The translations under genes and the position numbers were made by a program. Under the pieces are notes generated by a model. It did not search any database. It saw only the letters and a program-made list of their open reading frames with translations, and was not told the origin of the DNA. A DNA stretch of 64,000 nucleotides from contig NC_090393.1 in NCBI RefSeq assembly GCF_036365525.1, forward strand, positions 12,966,785 through 13,030,784. Direction: 5' to 3'. This document shows, in pieces, positions 1 to 11,367 of this stretch. The stretch comes from Heterodontus francisci. Lineage: Eukaryota. Numbering within the stretch: position 1 is the stretch's first letter; each line of letters begins with the position of its first letter.

Positions 1-390
1 TCTGGGAACTTAAGACAACGCTCTCAGAGAGGTGTTGAAGAGAAAGCTCTTTGAACTGATAGCTGGACGAGCACTGGGTCTATCACAGACATCTAATAAA
101 TGGCCCATGCGATCTGGCCAGATAAGGAATATCTGGGAGCTTCCCAGAAACGATACTGTCTTATCTTATTCACTGTCTTTTTATGGTGATGCATATCTGA
201 GGAAAGGAAAGGCACCTTCCTAACTGCCTAAGATCTGACCATAACATATTCCTGTCTAAAGTGGGTGACATTTGAAAGGGACTCCAGCGGGGAGGATGAA
301 ATACTTTCATTGTCACAAAATAAATAGATGGAAAATGACATCTTACATTTGGAAAATTAGCTGCATAAATACTTGAGCTTTTGTCACTTG

Positions 391-860
391 GGGCTGAATT
401 TTTAGACCCCGATGTGGGTGAGCATGGAGGCAGGTGGGTGCAGAATTTCGCATCGCTGCCAGCGTTCCCAGCACCATCCCATCCCCGGGCCATTTTCCCA
501 GAGGCATGATGGGAAGCGGCAGAGCTACCTGCCCACAAGCAGCAGGTTGAGTCAATTAAGGTTGTTTAAAGGCCTATTCGTCAGAGGCCGACTGGAATTT
601 TCCAGTCAGTCTCCAGGTACCTAGAGGCATCGGGGAACAGTGTAGTTGCCTGGAGGTGGTTTCCTGGGGGAGAGCTGAAGCCAGGCAGGTGGGAGGGGGC
701 CTCAAATGCTTCCTGGAGAGCTGCCCCCCCTCCCCATCTGCCCCCCGTGGAACCTTGCTAGACAGCAGCATAGCTCACAGAACAGGCTTGGTCTAGCTCT
801 ATCCCACAGTCCTTTCCTACAAAGCTACGTGCTGAGAGGAGAGCCTCATAAAATCAACCC
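391..860. mobile_element. GC-rich non-autonomous MITE (PIF/Harbinger-like), shortened copy
   Basis: Starts GGGCTGAATTTT (391) and ends AAAATCAACCC (860). Same termini as the other copies in the window; no coding capacity. Confidence 0.6.
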
Positions 861-942
861 TGGAGTACATCCCTTTCAGTCTTAGGCAGGTATAAATTAT
901 GTATTACCCACCAGCACTAGAGTGTGAAGAACCAGACATGTA

Positions 943-1535
943 GGGCTGGATTTTACCAGCGCTCTGGGGATGGGCTGGGGGGGGCGGGGGTAGGGACCCA
1001 TAAATTGGAAAGGTAGGCAGTGGGTGGAGTGCCCATCATTCTCCTGCCACCAATTACGTGACCAATTAAGGGCCTCTTCCTGCCACTGCTGGCATTTTAC
1101 CAGCGGTGGGTGGACCCTCTGCCATGTGGGGAAACTACCAGGGAAATGGAGGCCTGGGAAGCTCTCTTTGGCCCCAGGAAGGGCCCTGCAGCAGCATCGA
1201 CACCGCCTTCCCTCACCGACACTACACCACACCCACCCCAACTCACAGGGTGAGTTGCCTGACTGGTCCTGGCACCCCCAAGCCCCATTTACCTGGTTGG
1301 GCGGGCGGCGTCCCACCCTGGAGTCCTCTTTTTCAAGTCCTAACAGTCTCCGACTGATCGGCAGCTCCTTAGTAAGGATGGCAGCCCCAATGGGAACTAA
1401 TAGTTGCCTGCCCGCCGTAAAATGTGGCTGTGGGTCTGGCAGAACGCCAAAGCGGAATGACCAACCCCCCCACCACCACCACCACTTTCAGGCCCACCGG
1501 CAGGATCCCCGCCCACGAGAACAAAATGCCAGCTG
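943..1535. mobile_element. GC-rich MITE (PIF/Harbinger-like), subfamily A
   Basis: GGGCTGGATTTT at 943 and degenerate AAAATGCCAGCTG at the right end. Internal CAATTAAGGGCCTC motif shared with the copies at 30208 and ~52180. Confidence 0.65.
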
Positions 1536-3024
1536 TTAAGCTCTGATTTCGAGCTTCCAGCAAAATATATGCTGGGACTAGCTGACTGACAGCGCAAAGT
1601 TAGCCCATCAAATACTACGCGCAATTTTACAGGCACAGGTCATTGCATACGTTCCCTGACCCTGCCAGATAGGGTATACAAAAAAGTCTGGTTAGCAGGT
1701 GAAAGTTACAGAGATGTGCCCACTCAAAGGTAAGTGGCTGCATATGAGGGAAGGACTGTTTCAGCATTGTTAAAGGGTTCAATTGTGGATTGGACACATC
1801 TGTCAGCCTTTGGTGAGGAGGGTGAGGGTGGGGGAAATGGGGAGGAGGGGCATACAAGATGAAGTGAAAGGAGGCAAGTGATGGAGTTAATGAGCAAATG
1901 GCAGAGTGGCACAGCAGCCAACACCCTATTTGATGGCTGGCAAAGTGTTTGATAAAGTATGTGTGAGGGACGTTATCCATTTTGGCACTTCAGGGCACCC
2001 ACCCCAGTGCACTTAGCAGTTTGCCTCATCTGTCAGAAGGTTCTGGCCAGGATCAATGATTGATGCACTTCCACCAGTGCCATCATAGTTGGGATCCCTG
2101 CCACCAGTCCTGTGCCCTGTCAAGCTTTTGGAACGTCTTGCCCACTTGTACTATGCCACGCACCTGTGTTCAGCTGGCTGGCTGACTGACTGACTTGGCA
2201 CATTCCACTGGTGGCAGCTGAATCTGTAAGAATCTGCAGAGGTGAAAACAGACTTTCCTTCGCTGGAGTGGGGGAGGGGTGGCGGGCATCGACGTCCACA
2301 GGTCGTGCAGCTGTGAGATAGTTGGCAGGTCAATGGTGCTACCCAATTGAGAGCATTGTTGAGGAATTGGGCCTAGTGAGAACTAAAACATTGGCCTCTG
2401 TAACCATCTCCAGTTGAATGAGTTGATTAGCAACTCGGTCAAGATAAAAGCCTGGATAAATTGTATAGGAGGCCTTCATGTTAAAAGTGAAATGCATTAA
2501 GAGAATAATGGGGTGAGGTAATCCTTCAATAACACATGAATCCACACCAGGGGAAAAAAATACACAGCGAGGGGTGTTAGAATTAGAGACTTCAGAATTT
2601 GACAATTCTGTATTCCATTTCCTTCAACTTGTGAACTGAAATATGTGAATTCTCTGAGAAGTTGTACCATAAGTGTGACCTTAAGAGTATGTGTAATTAT
2701 TAATAACAACCATTATTATTGTATATGTGTAATTATTGATAATAATAGTGATCATTGTATGTTTAATTCTTATGAAAGTCAACAAATGCCTTTGAATATA
2801 ATGATCTTGAGGAATTACTTATAAATTTATAAGTAAGAACATCCATTCCCCAACAGATCGGGATGCATAAAAGTTTAATCCAGTAAGTAAGTGGTGTTAG
2901 TGTCTGTAATGCGTTCTTTAATGTTGTCTGATGCAACATAAATGAGATGCACGGAGTCCAGTTATGCATAAGATCTTAAACAGCTAAACAATTATATACA
3001 GTACAGAGCAAACTATTTACAGAA

Positions 3025-3260
3025 ATAAAAACAGAAAGTGCTGGAAATACTCAGCAGGTCTGGCAGTATCTGTAGAGAGAGAATCAGAGTTAACGTTTCA
3101 GGTCAGTGACCCTTCTTCAGAACTGTTCTGAAGAAGGGTCACTGAACTGAAATGTTAACTCAGATTCTCTCTCTACAGATACTGCCAGACCTGCTGAGTA
3201 TTTCCAGCACTTTCTGTTTTCATTTCAGATTTCCAGCATCCACAGTATTTTACTTTTATT
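3025..3260 (+). mobile_element. Penelope-type pseudo-LTR insertion with inverted 5' duplication (fold-back hairpin)
   Basis: ~100-bp arms inverted around 3123-3125. Flanked by a 15-bp direct repeat AAACTATTTACAGAA (3010-3024 and 3261-3275). Contains a hammerhead-like core. Confidence 0.8.
3088..3124 (-). ncRNA. Minimal type I hammerhead ribozyme motif (Penelope-type)
   Basis: Minus strand reads AGUU-CUGAAGA-A-GGGUC-ACU-GACCU-GAAA-CGU-U-AACU: stem I, CUGANGA core, stem II, GAAA and a palindromic ACGU stem III. Confidence 0.65.
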
Positions 3261-3514
3261 AAACTATTTACAGAACCTTGTTATAGATGTTACAGTTGCA
3301 GAGTGACTCTGGCTTCAAGTCACATGAGTACGTCCTGGTACTTAGCTCATTAGCATACTCAGATCTTAAAGGGACATCACTCCTAAAGGCGATCACACAA
3401 CATCCCCTTTCTTTCCAAAGATAATTCCTGTAGGCTACAAGCAAAAACACATCGAATTAGATATCAAAACTAGTTATGTGGGTTATAGATTATAAAATTT
3501 ACATGTATAGAAGC

Positions 3515-4780
3515 TTAAGAGTCCATATATCGTTTTGATGGCTTGACAACTCTTCCAGATCTGGTTATGGTAAAACCTTCAGGGGATGTGGATTTCACCC
3601 TTGGCTGTTTTGGGTTTGCAAGCATGTTGTCGATGTGTTGGTTGTGGTCCTGTTGTTCCATCACGCCCTCATCAGCAGAGTGTGTTCTTTCGAGTCCGCT
3701 GTTCTCAATTGGAGTATTGCACACTTCCCTCAGGTGGCTTCGGTTTCTTCTTAACACTGCTCCACTGGATGTTGTAATCTTGTGGGACATTGGCTCACTG
3801 CATACTTTGGCTACCTCTGGGTAACCATGTTCTCATTGTGGGGTGTATGACCCTGACCTTTTGTCCTACATGTAGCTGAGGAAGTTTAGCCCCTGCATGT
3901 CGGTCATGCACCATCTTCATTCTCCCCTGTTTTCTGAGCAGCGTCTCCTGAATCTCAGAGAATTTGGACAGATGATGGCTTGGCAGAGTCATCCGCACTT
4001 GTCTGCCAAACATGATCTCTGCTGGTGACGGTAAGCCCATATCCATAGGTGTAGCTCTGAGGGGTGGAGCATGGCAACACAAAAATCTTGGCTTGATGTC
4101 CTACACTTCAGGATAAGTGACTTGACTGTGCAAACCATTTGCTCAGCAAGACCATTAGATCTAGGGTAATGTGATGAGGATGTCACATGGTTTAAGCCCT
4201 ATTTGGCGCACATATCCCTGAAAGGTTTGCCTGTGTACTGTGGCCCATTGTCAGAAATGATTTCTTCAGGTACACAGAATAGACTGAATATGGCACTCAA
4301 TGTGTCTGCGACAATCACACTTGAAGTGCCTTTTACCTGTCTGACAATTGGAAATTTGGAGAAATAATCAGTGACTAAGATAACGTCATCTCCATTAATG
4401 GAAAATAGGTCAGTGGTGATTTTGGACCAAGGGACTGACGGAATCTCATGCAAGTGTAGAGGTTCTTTACGTTGTTGTGGCTGGTGGCTCTGGCATACCT
4501 CATACATTCTCATTAACCTTTCGATGTCACTGTTGATTCCTGGCCAATAAACAGCGTCTCATGCCCATCGTTTCAGTCACTCTATACCCTTGTGGCCTTG
4601 GTGAAGTTGTGACAAGATGTCCTGTCGGAGGGCCTTGGGCACAATTACTTGTTTTCTCTTGACGGTGACGCCTATCGAGATACTGACTTCATCTCTGTAA
4701 GGCCAAAAACATCTGAGGGTTTCTGGCACCTCTTTTATCATAGAAGGTTGGCCTTCTATGATGACTCTTCACAGTGCCTT
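3515..4780 (-). pseudogene. Integrase region of Gypsy element 1 (HHCC zinc finger, DDE core, C-terminal TRSGRVVK motif)
   Basis: Fragments PWSKITTDLFS, PEEIISDNGPQY, SSSHYPRSNGLAE, SPAEIMFGRQVR and ITRSGRVVKPSKRYMD, broken by frameshifts and stops. Confidence 0.92.
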
Positions 4781-4984
4781 CAGTTGTGGGTCATCTGCTG
4801 TTTCTGATTGTAGTTGGTCACATTTGTGTTGACCAAAATGCGATAAATTGATCTTGAGCACATCTTCCACCTCAGTGTCCATGCTGTCTACTTGTAGATC
4901 CAGTGGGACTTCTTCATTCTTGCTTGGGTTTGGCCATCTGCTCGGCGTATCCCATTCTGGTACCCGGTTTGTAGCAGACGTCAA

Positions 4985-5380
4985 AGCCTTACCCTTGTAC
5001 TTTCACTGAGTGCTGCTGTCGTCGAGGTGGTGCGTTTGTCAATGGTTTGTGCCAGATCATCTCCAGTAGTTTGTGGTCCATTTCCACCATGAACTGCTTC
5101 CTGACCAGGTAGGTGTGGAACCTTGTGATGCCAAACACCAGAACAAGTGTTTCATGCTCGATGATTGAGAAATTGGATTGTGCTGAGGATAAACATTTGG
5201 ATCCAAATGCAATTGGTTTTCCATCCTGCAGGATGCACATTCCTAGCCCTTTCTGTGAGGTGGTGAATTCCAGGATTGTCTTCGTCCTTGGATCATAGTA
5301 CTGCAGGGTACAGCTTTCTGCTGGCAATGCTTGTTTAAGAGTCTCAAACATATGCTGATGGTCCTCCTGCCATATAATGA
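4985..5380 (-). pseudogene. RNase H region of Gypsy pol
   Basis: LQYYDP..TILE..SQKGLGMCILQDGKPIAFGSKCLSSAQSNFSIIEHE..FHTYL..EMDHKLLE. Confidence 0.92.
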
Positions 5381-5728
5381 GCAGCATAGTGGTGCAGTGA
5401 TTAGCACTGCAGCCTCACAGCTCCAGCGACCCGGGTTTGGTTCTGGGTACTGCCTGTGTGGAGTTTGCAAGTTCTCCCTGTGACCACGTGGGTTTCCGCT
5501 GGGTGGTCTGGTCTCCTCCCACAGCCAAAGACTTGTAGGTTGATAGATAAATTGGCCATTGTAAATTGCCCCTAGTGTAGGTAGGTGGTAGGAGGATTGA
5601 GGGAAGGTGGGGATGTGGTAGGGAACATGGGATTAATGTAGGATTAGTATAAATGGGTGGTTGATGGTTGGCACAGACTCAGTGGGCCAAAGGGCCTGTT
5701 TCAGTGTTGTATCTCTCTATAACTCTAT
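5381..5728 (+). mobile_element. HE1-like V-SINE (tRNA-derived) inserted in pol
   Basis: tRNA-like head (AGTGGTGCAGTGATTAGCACTGCAGCCTCACAGCTCC), V-domain-like core TGTGTGGAGTTTGCAAGTTCTCCCTGTGACC and CR1-like tail GGGCCAAAGGGCCTGTTTCAGTG. Confidence 0.88.
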
Positions 5729-7480
5729 ATGGTCCATCTTTCTTTAACAGCTCTCTCAGTGATGATGCTTTGTCAGAAAAATTTGGAATGTATGGTGCCA
5801 AGAAGTTGAAAAATCCAAGACATCTCTGGAGGTCTTCCTTGACTTATGGAGTGGGCATATGCCTTATATCTTCGATTTTTCCTGGGTCAGGATGGATTCC
5901 GCAACCAGACTAGATGGAGTCAAAGAAATTGATCTGACTTACATTTACCTGGCACTTCTTGCTGTTAGAAACGAGCCCTTCATGACAAGCTACTGCCATC
6001 AGTGAATGGAGATTTCAATCATGTTCTTCTTTGGTTTTGCCCATTACTGCAATATCATCGGCAATGACTGTACATCCAGGCAAGTTTTCTATAATCCTGT
6101 CCATATACTGCTGAAACAGATCTTGACTGACAGATAATCCGAAGGATAATGTTACGACCAGGTGAGAAAGAGGTCGAGGGTTCCCTTTCCGCCTTCACCT
6201 AGTCTTACTGTAGCAGGGTTTTATTTTTAAACACACCATGCTTTTAGCTCCTCCTTGGTGAATCCTTGTTCACCGCTTTCCAATTATAAGGCAAAGAAAC
6301 CAGCACAGACAGGCTTTCTCAGGTTTAAAGAAGAAAAGTTGAAATGTATTAAACTTAAACTCCAATTCGGTTAATGCCTACGGATACACAACATGCCCAT
6401 GCAAGCATGCATATGCGATACTTATATGCAAATAGAGACAGAAAAGAGCAGAAGAAAAACAAAGTGGAAAAGTTTGAGGCAATATATGAAAAGCTTTTGT
6501 TACGGTTCTTCGAGCTCGCTATAGAGTCCTTGATTGTAGGTAGGTCTTGCTTTTCGTTGGGGCCCAGTATTCTTCTTAAACCTTGTTCGCTGTAGGAGTC
6601 TTTTCTCACTTGGGTTTCATGTGTCTTCAGTGGATTCAGAGGCTTGTGAGAAAGAGATGGGAGCAGACAGGAGAGAGATCTTCTCAGTCCAGGAGCAAAC
6701 AGCCTTCTCCCTAAACTGTTCATACAAATTCAAAAAACTTAGTTTGCCCAGCAGGTTAGTCATGTGACCAGCTGGTTTAACCATGTCCGTTTGTGTATTT
6801 GGCCATTTTAGCAGGCAACCTGGAATGGGAGCTCCCCCGCCCTCAACGTCTGGTGATCAAAAGTCTATTGTGGGTTGAATGAATAAGGGGATGGCTGCTT
6901 TGTCCTTCCAAACACTGTCTGTTAATACGCAAATGTCTTTTCCAGCCAAGGCTGATCTGTTTAACAACGCCAATCCAGTAACAGTTTAAAATCAATTTTC
7001 ATGACAAAATTAATGTGCCTCATTCTTGGCAGGTGGGGGCCTAGCATGACAATAGTCTCTGGAAGCAGTATCTTCCAAATGGTGTCCTGAATGTGGTGAC
7101 TTCTTGAAATTCCTTAGCTAAGTGTACCGACCAATATCCATGTGTAGCATCCAACTTGGAGAAGAATTTGGCTCCGGATTCAATTCCTCTAATGTCGGAA
7201 TCTTGTGGGGGCATCTCTTTCGGGAGAATTTTAGACGCCTCAGAGCTAAACATGCCCTGACTGCTCCATCCTTCTTCAGTACACCTGTAATTGAACTGCA
7301 CCAGTCTGTGTGATGATGTACACATGGGATGATGCCATTGCATTCCATGTCATCTAACTCCTATTTAAGTTTTTCTCGTGTGTGCATGCTGCACTTTCAG
7401 GGAAGGTCGATTGGCAGAATTGCATCCTCTCTGAGTTTCAGTATGGCATCGCTTTTTAAATCTGCTGTGGCGTCGAACAT
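5729..7480 (-). pseudogene. Reverse transcriptase region of Gypsy pol, split by a solo LTR at 6150-7051
   Basis: FSKLDATHGYWSVHL..TTFRTPFGRYCFQRL|LSFGLSVSQDLFQQYMDRIIENLPGCTVIADDIAVMG; the two halves join across the insertion. Confidence 0.92.
6150..7051 (-). mobile_element. Solo LTR (~900 bp, family X) nested in RT
   Basis: TGTTAC...ATGACA termini and 4-bp TSD ATAA/ATAG. Homologous along its length to 59000-59904. Strand inferred from the polyA-signal orientation. Confidence 0.85.
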
Positions 7481-7599
7481 TTGTTGTCGCTTGTGGACAA
7501 TGCGGGTACCCTTGGTCTCTTCTGCTTTAATGGGTACCTTGGTGATCTCGTGGATGGTTACGAAGTTGAGGTCCTTACACGCTGGTAGTCCTGCCACCA

Positions 7600-7830
7600 A
7601 TCGTGTCTAGAATATTTGCGGTTTCCATGCCGACTTGCCAAAGCTGCATTGCATTGTCAGTGTGCCGCTACAAGGGAAGGGTGACCCATTGTATGCAGAT
7701 AACTTGGTAATTGTCGATTATATCATTGACTTCCAACAAATCCAATACATATCCTTCAGGATTCGGACTGGCAGGATATTTGCACTAGCTCTGGTGTCAA
7801 TCTTAACCCCGAGTGTGTTTGCCAACTTTC
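7600..7830 (-). pseudogene. Aspartic protease region of Gypsy element 1
   Basis: VKIDTRASANILPVRIL at ~7810-7760 (the DTG motif is mutated to DTR). Confidence 0.8.
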
Positions 7831-7949
7831 TTTGGGCACATGATGTTAATGGTAGCAAAAGCTTCCAGTTGTTTGATTTCATCGACATGATGCATCAGGT
7901 TCACAATGTGAAACACCTGCTCATCTTCTGGCTGAGAATTACTCCTCTT

Positions 7950-8786
7950 TAAGTCTTGTCTCAGGTCTGTTTTGCTGTGGACTTAGTGTATCAGCTTGCA
8001 TTTATGCAGGTCTCTGGCACTTTCCTTGCTGCTGTTGCCCTGTTGCTGCACATGTCTTCTGTTGGCTTGTGTCCTACTGTGACTTCTGGTTGTGTCTTTG
8101 GAGCCATATTTCTTGCACAGGTGAGCCCAGTGTCCTTTTGCACTGCACGCCTTCCACAGGTCTTGAAATGTAGTACAACTTCGTGGTGAGCAGGACCAAC
8201 TACACTTACTACACAGTTTGCTGGCTCTTTTCGACCTGGTTATTGTGCCGATACTGATGGCTGCACCTAGTGTTTGCAGGTGCTATTGTCCATATACAAT
8301 GGCTTCATATTTATTGCCATCTTCTAGCAGTGCATCAATGCTGTGACCAATCTTTTTCCCCAATTGGTCTTTCTGAAATGCTTCAATGGGTGTTGAGACA
8401 ATTACCAGCTCCATTAGTTGCTCTGACAGCTCAATTTCTGAAAAGTCGCATTCGTTGCCCTTGCTGCAGCATCTACTGATGAACTGATCTATTGATTCCT
8501 GTGGCTGTTGCTTGCAGGACATCAGTTCCAGGTGGTGAATTCTAAAATTCACTCAGAACAGGAGCTGATCTTCTTGCACTTTCCATATCTTTGCAGGACC
8601 TTTCAGGTCCTCTTGTAATCTGTGTAATCCCTTATTTCCAATTGCTTTTAGTATTTTCATAGCCTGTTTCTCTGGTTCAACAATCACTTGGTCTGTAAAG
8701 CATAATTGCAATCTTTGTTTGAAAAGTTTGAACTTGGATAGGATATCAATGGCCTTCCAGTTTATGCTGGGAAATTTGGTATCCAT
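7950..8786 (-). pseudogene. gag of Gypsy element 1 with zinc knuckle
   Basis: MDTKFPSINWK..FKLFKQRLQLCF; KQQPQESIDQFISRC; decayed knuckle (C>W)KACSAKGHWAHLCKK at ~8109-8160. Confidence 0.88.
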
Positions 8787-9475
8787 CTTTCTGCTGTTCT
8801 TTTGCTTGAAACTTGCTTTCAGACTTGATCTATGATTTTGCACTGTTTCCTTTTTATTTAGACTAGCTGCTTGGATTGAGAGGAACAGGTGTTTGATAGT
8901 GCTCTGTGTTTACCTTGCTTGCAGCACCTAAGCCTGTCTGTTTACATAGCTGTTCACAAGGCAGTTCATTTGCTTTTTTTACAGTTTATGTTCTTCATGC
9001 TCGACTGGTTTAATGGCATTTTTATAGCTGTCTCTGCATGAATGGAAGCTCTTCTTCCTGCACAAATGGTTTAATGTGTTTTTTAAAACTGTGGCTGTGT
9101 GAATGGGGACTCTGCAACGTTCGGGGTTTTCCCATGCTTTTTGCAATCGGACGCCTCCTGTAATGGCATCAACCTCAATCAGCCTAGGAAAAGAATCAGG
9201 TCTTCCCCGGTTTTTTTTCCAGAGCCTTCAGAAAAGATCAGTCTTTAAAGCCCTTCAAAGCTTGTTTTTTTTAAAACCAGTATCCCTCGACCGTCGGCTC
9301 ACCCGATTTACTTGCAGCCCGTCGTTCCAAGCTCTGTCTTCTACAGCTTGAGGTAAGTTCTTGTTTTTATCCACTGTTTGGGCTAGTATTTCTGTCGAAC
9401 TTTTTCTCTTTTGGCTGTAGGAAGGTCACTTTGTGAGCTGTTTTACCTGTGGTCTTCAACTTAGACTTTGTCTTC

Positions 9476-9493
9476 TCACCACAGCTGCCACCA
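9476..9493 (-). promoter_or_regulatory. Primer binding site, tRNA-Leu
   Basis: TGGTGGCAGCTGTGG directly after the 5' LTR. Matches the complement of the vertebrate tRNA-Leu 3' end (TGGTGGCAGCGGTGG, recalled) at 14 of 15 positions. Confidence 0.8.
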
Positions 9494-9864
9494 TGTAATG
9501 CGTTCTTTAATGTTTTCTGATGCAGCATAAATTAGATGCGTGGAATCCAGTTATGCTTAAGATCTCAAACAGGTTTATTACAGCTACATTTCTTGCATAG
9601 GCGGGCCCAGTGTCGTTTTGCACCGTATGCCTTGCACAGGTCTCGAAATGCAGGACAACTTCATGGCAAGCAGGACCAGCTAAACTATTATAACAGCTAA
9701 ACTATTATATACAGTACAGAGCAAACTATTTATAGAACCTTCCTCTAGGTTTTACAGTTGCAGAGTAACTCTGGCTTTAAGTCACATGACTACATCCTGG
9801 TACATATCTTAATCGCAAACTAAGATCTTAAAGGGACATCACTCTTAAAGGTGATCACACAACA
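9494..9864 (-). repeat. 5' LTR of Gypsy element 1, containing a gag-derived insert
   Basis: Repeat of 2905-3402. The extra segment ~9587-9690 is absent from the 3' LTR and from the related solo LTR at 42381. Confidence 0.92.
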
Positions 9865-10399
9865 GTGTTGGTAGCTCCGACTTCAGGTGATAACATGGCT
9901 TAGTGACAGCTTCCTTTGTGAAGCAGAGATGCTGAAGATGGGTCTGTTCCAACACACAAAAGAAGGGCCGTACGATCCGGGCCCCTGGAATAAGGAGCAA
10001 ATAGCACAGAAGGTCGTCACGCCTGTCTTACTCATCCCCTCGAGAAATGCTCCTCAATGCTCCAAATTTAGCAATGCCATTGAAAATCTCCAAAGGAATT
10101 CTCTTTCTGCCCAGTTTGCTGACTGCAAATGAAATAATAGCTGGAAGGAAGACATTTTTCACAAAACAGGAATTGGAAGGAAAATTCTTGCAATGTATAA
10201 AACATCATGTATAACCAGCAACAAAAAGCAACGCACTCATAAAAATGCAGACCTAAGTATTATGATAAGCCAAATAAATCTAAGCTTCCATCAAAAATTA
10301 AAGTGATATTAATTCTGCAGAGCAGGCGATCAACAAACTGCTGTGCATATTTTTCAAATGGGTGAACAGCGGTGCCAGTGAGAAAACCACCAGATAAAA

Positions 10400-10838
10400 T
10401 GTGGGATATGTTAGGAACAGGGATAGGCCATTCAGCCCCTCGAGCTGTACCACCATTCAATTAGGCCATGGCTGATCTGTATTGCAACTCCATCTACCCT
10501 TCTTAGTTCCATATTCCTTAAAACCCTTACCAAAATCTCTCAATCTCAGTTTTGAAATTTTCAATTGACCCCCAGCCTCAACAGCTTTTTGGGGGAGAGA
10601 GTTCCAGATTTCTATTACCTTTTGTGTGAAGAAGTGCTTCCTTACATCACCCCCAAATGGCCTAGCTCTAATTATAAGGTTATGCCCCTTGTTCTGGACT
10701 TCCCACATCAGTGGAAATTGTTCCTCTGTATTTAATTGATCAAATCCTTTGATCATCTTAAACATCTCAATTAGATCACTCCTTAATCTTCTGCATGCAA
10801 GGGAATGCAGGCCAGGTCTCTGCAACCTGTCCTCAATT
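10400..10838 (-). mobile_element. CR1/HER1-type LINE 3' fragment
   Basis: RRLRSDLIEMFKMIKGFD..RKHFFTQKVIEIWNSLPQKAVEAG, followed by a 3' UTR. Confidence 0.88.
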
Positions 10839-11367
10839 TAAGCACATGTTCTAATTAAATCTGAATATTGATAAGGGACTTGTACCGGACCCTGTTGCAG
10901 CCGCAAAGAAATCCTGGCAATTTCCTTTCTGCTGCAAAAACTAGCCGCTGAGAGTTGAGCATATGCTATGCGAGGCCAATTTCCTGATTCTTGGCCCCTC
11001 CTCCTGCCAACACAAGTGACGTTCCACATTAATTGTAAAGCTTTGGAAACAAAAAGACAAAAACAAATCTACACTGTACATCAGCACTAGACTGATAGGG
11101 ACAGAATAGGTGTTTACCCAACACTGGGCTGATAGACATTCTTCATCACACAGATATAAGGGAGGCCATTCAGTCCATCCAGTTCTCGTACATACATTTA
11201 CTGCAAAGCAGCATTAGACTGATAAATACTGAGTGCAGACTCACTTAGGGAACAGTAAAAAAGGCAGGGACTCATCTCCCAAATAGCCTGCCCAATTGAT
11301 TGGAAAATTACATCCAGTTCCACTTCCCTTTGAAATCATCACAGAATAAACTGACGTTTAACAAGAG

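Larger units (their letters stand above)
2905..3402 (-). repeat. 3' LTR of Gypsy element 1, interrupted by a Penelope-type insertion
   Basis: Direct repeat of 9494-9864, with 8 mismatches in the first 79 nt by eye. Followed on + by TCCCCTTTCTTTCC (PPT on the minus strand, 3403-3416). Confidence 0.92.
2905..9864 (-). mobile_element. Decayed full-length Gypsy (Metaviridae, Mag-like) LTR retrotransposon
   Basis: Two TG...CA LTRs (2905-3402 and 9494-9864). 5-bp TSD GTGTC/GTGTT. PBS TGGTGGCAGCTGTGG next to the 5' LTR and PPT next to the 3' LTR. Domain order gag-PR-RT-RH-IN on the minus strand, with many stops and frameshifts. Confidence 0.95.

Noticed and set aside
170-1636. Multiple overlapping 60-170 aa ORFs
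   Set aside because: They lie in GC-rich MITEs where stop codons are rare. No recognisable domains, and they are open on both strands.
9887-10132. 81-aa ORF after a possible splice acceptor
   Set aside because: No recognisable protein similarity and no convincing donor; cannot be supported as an exon.
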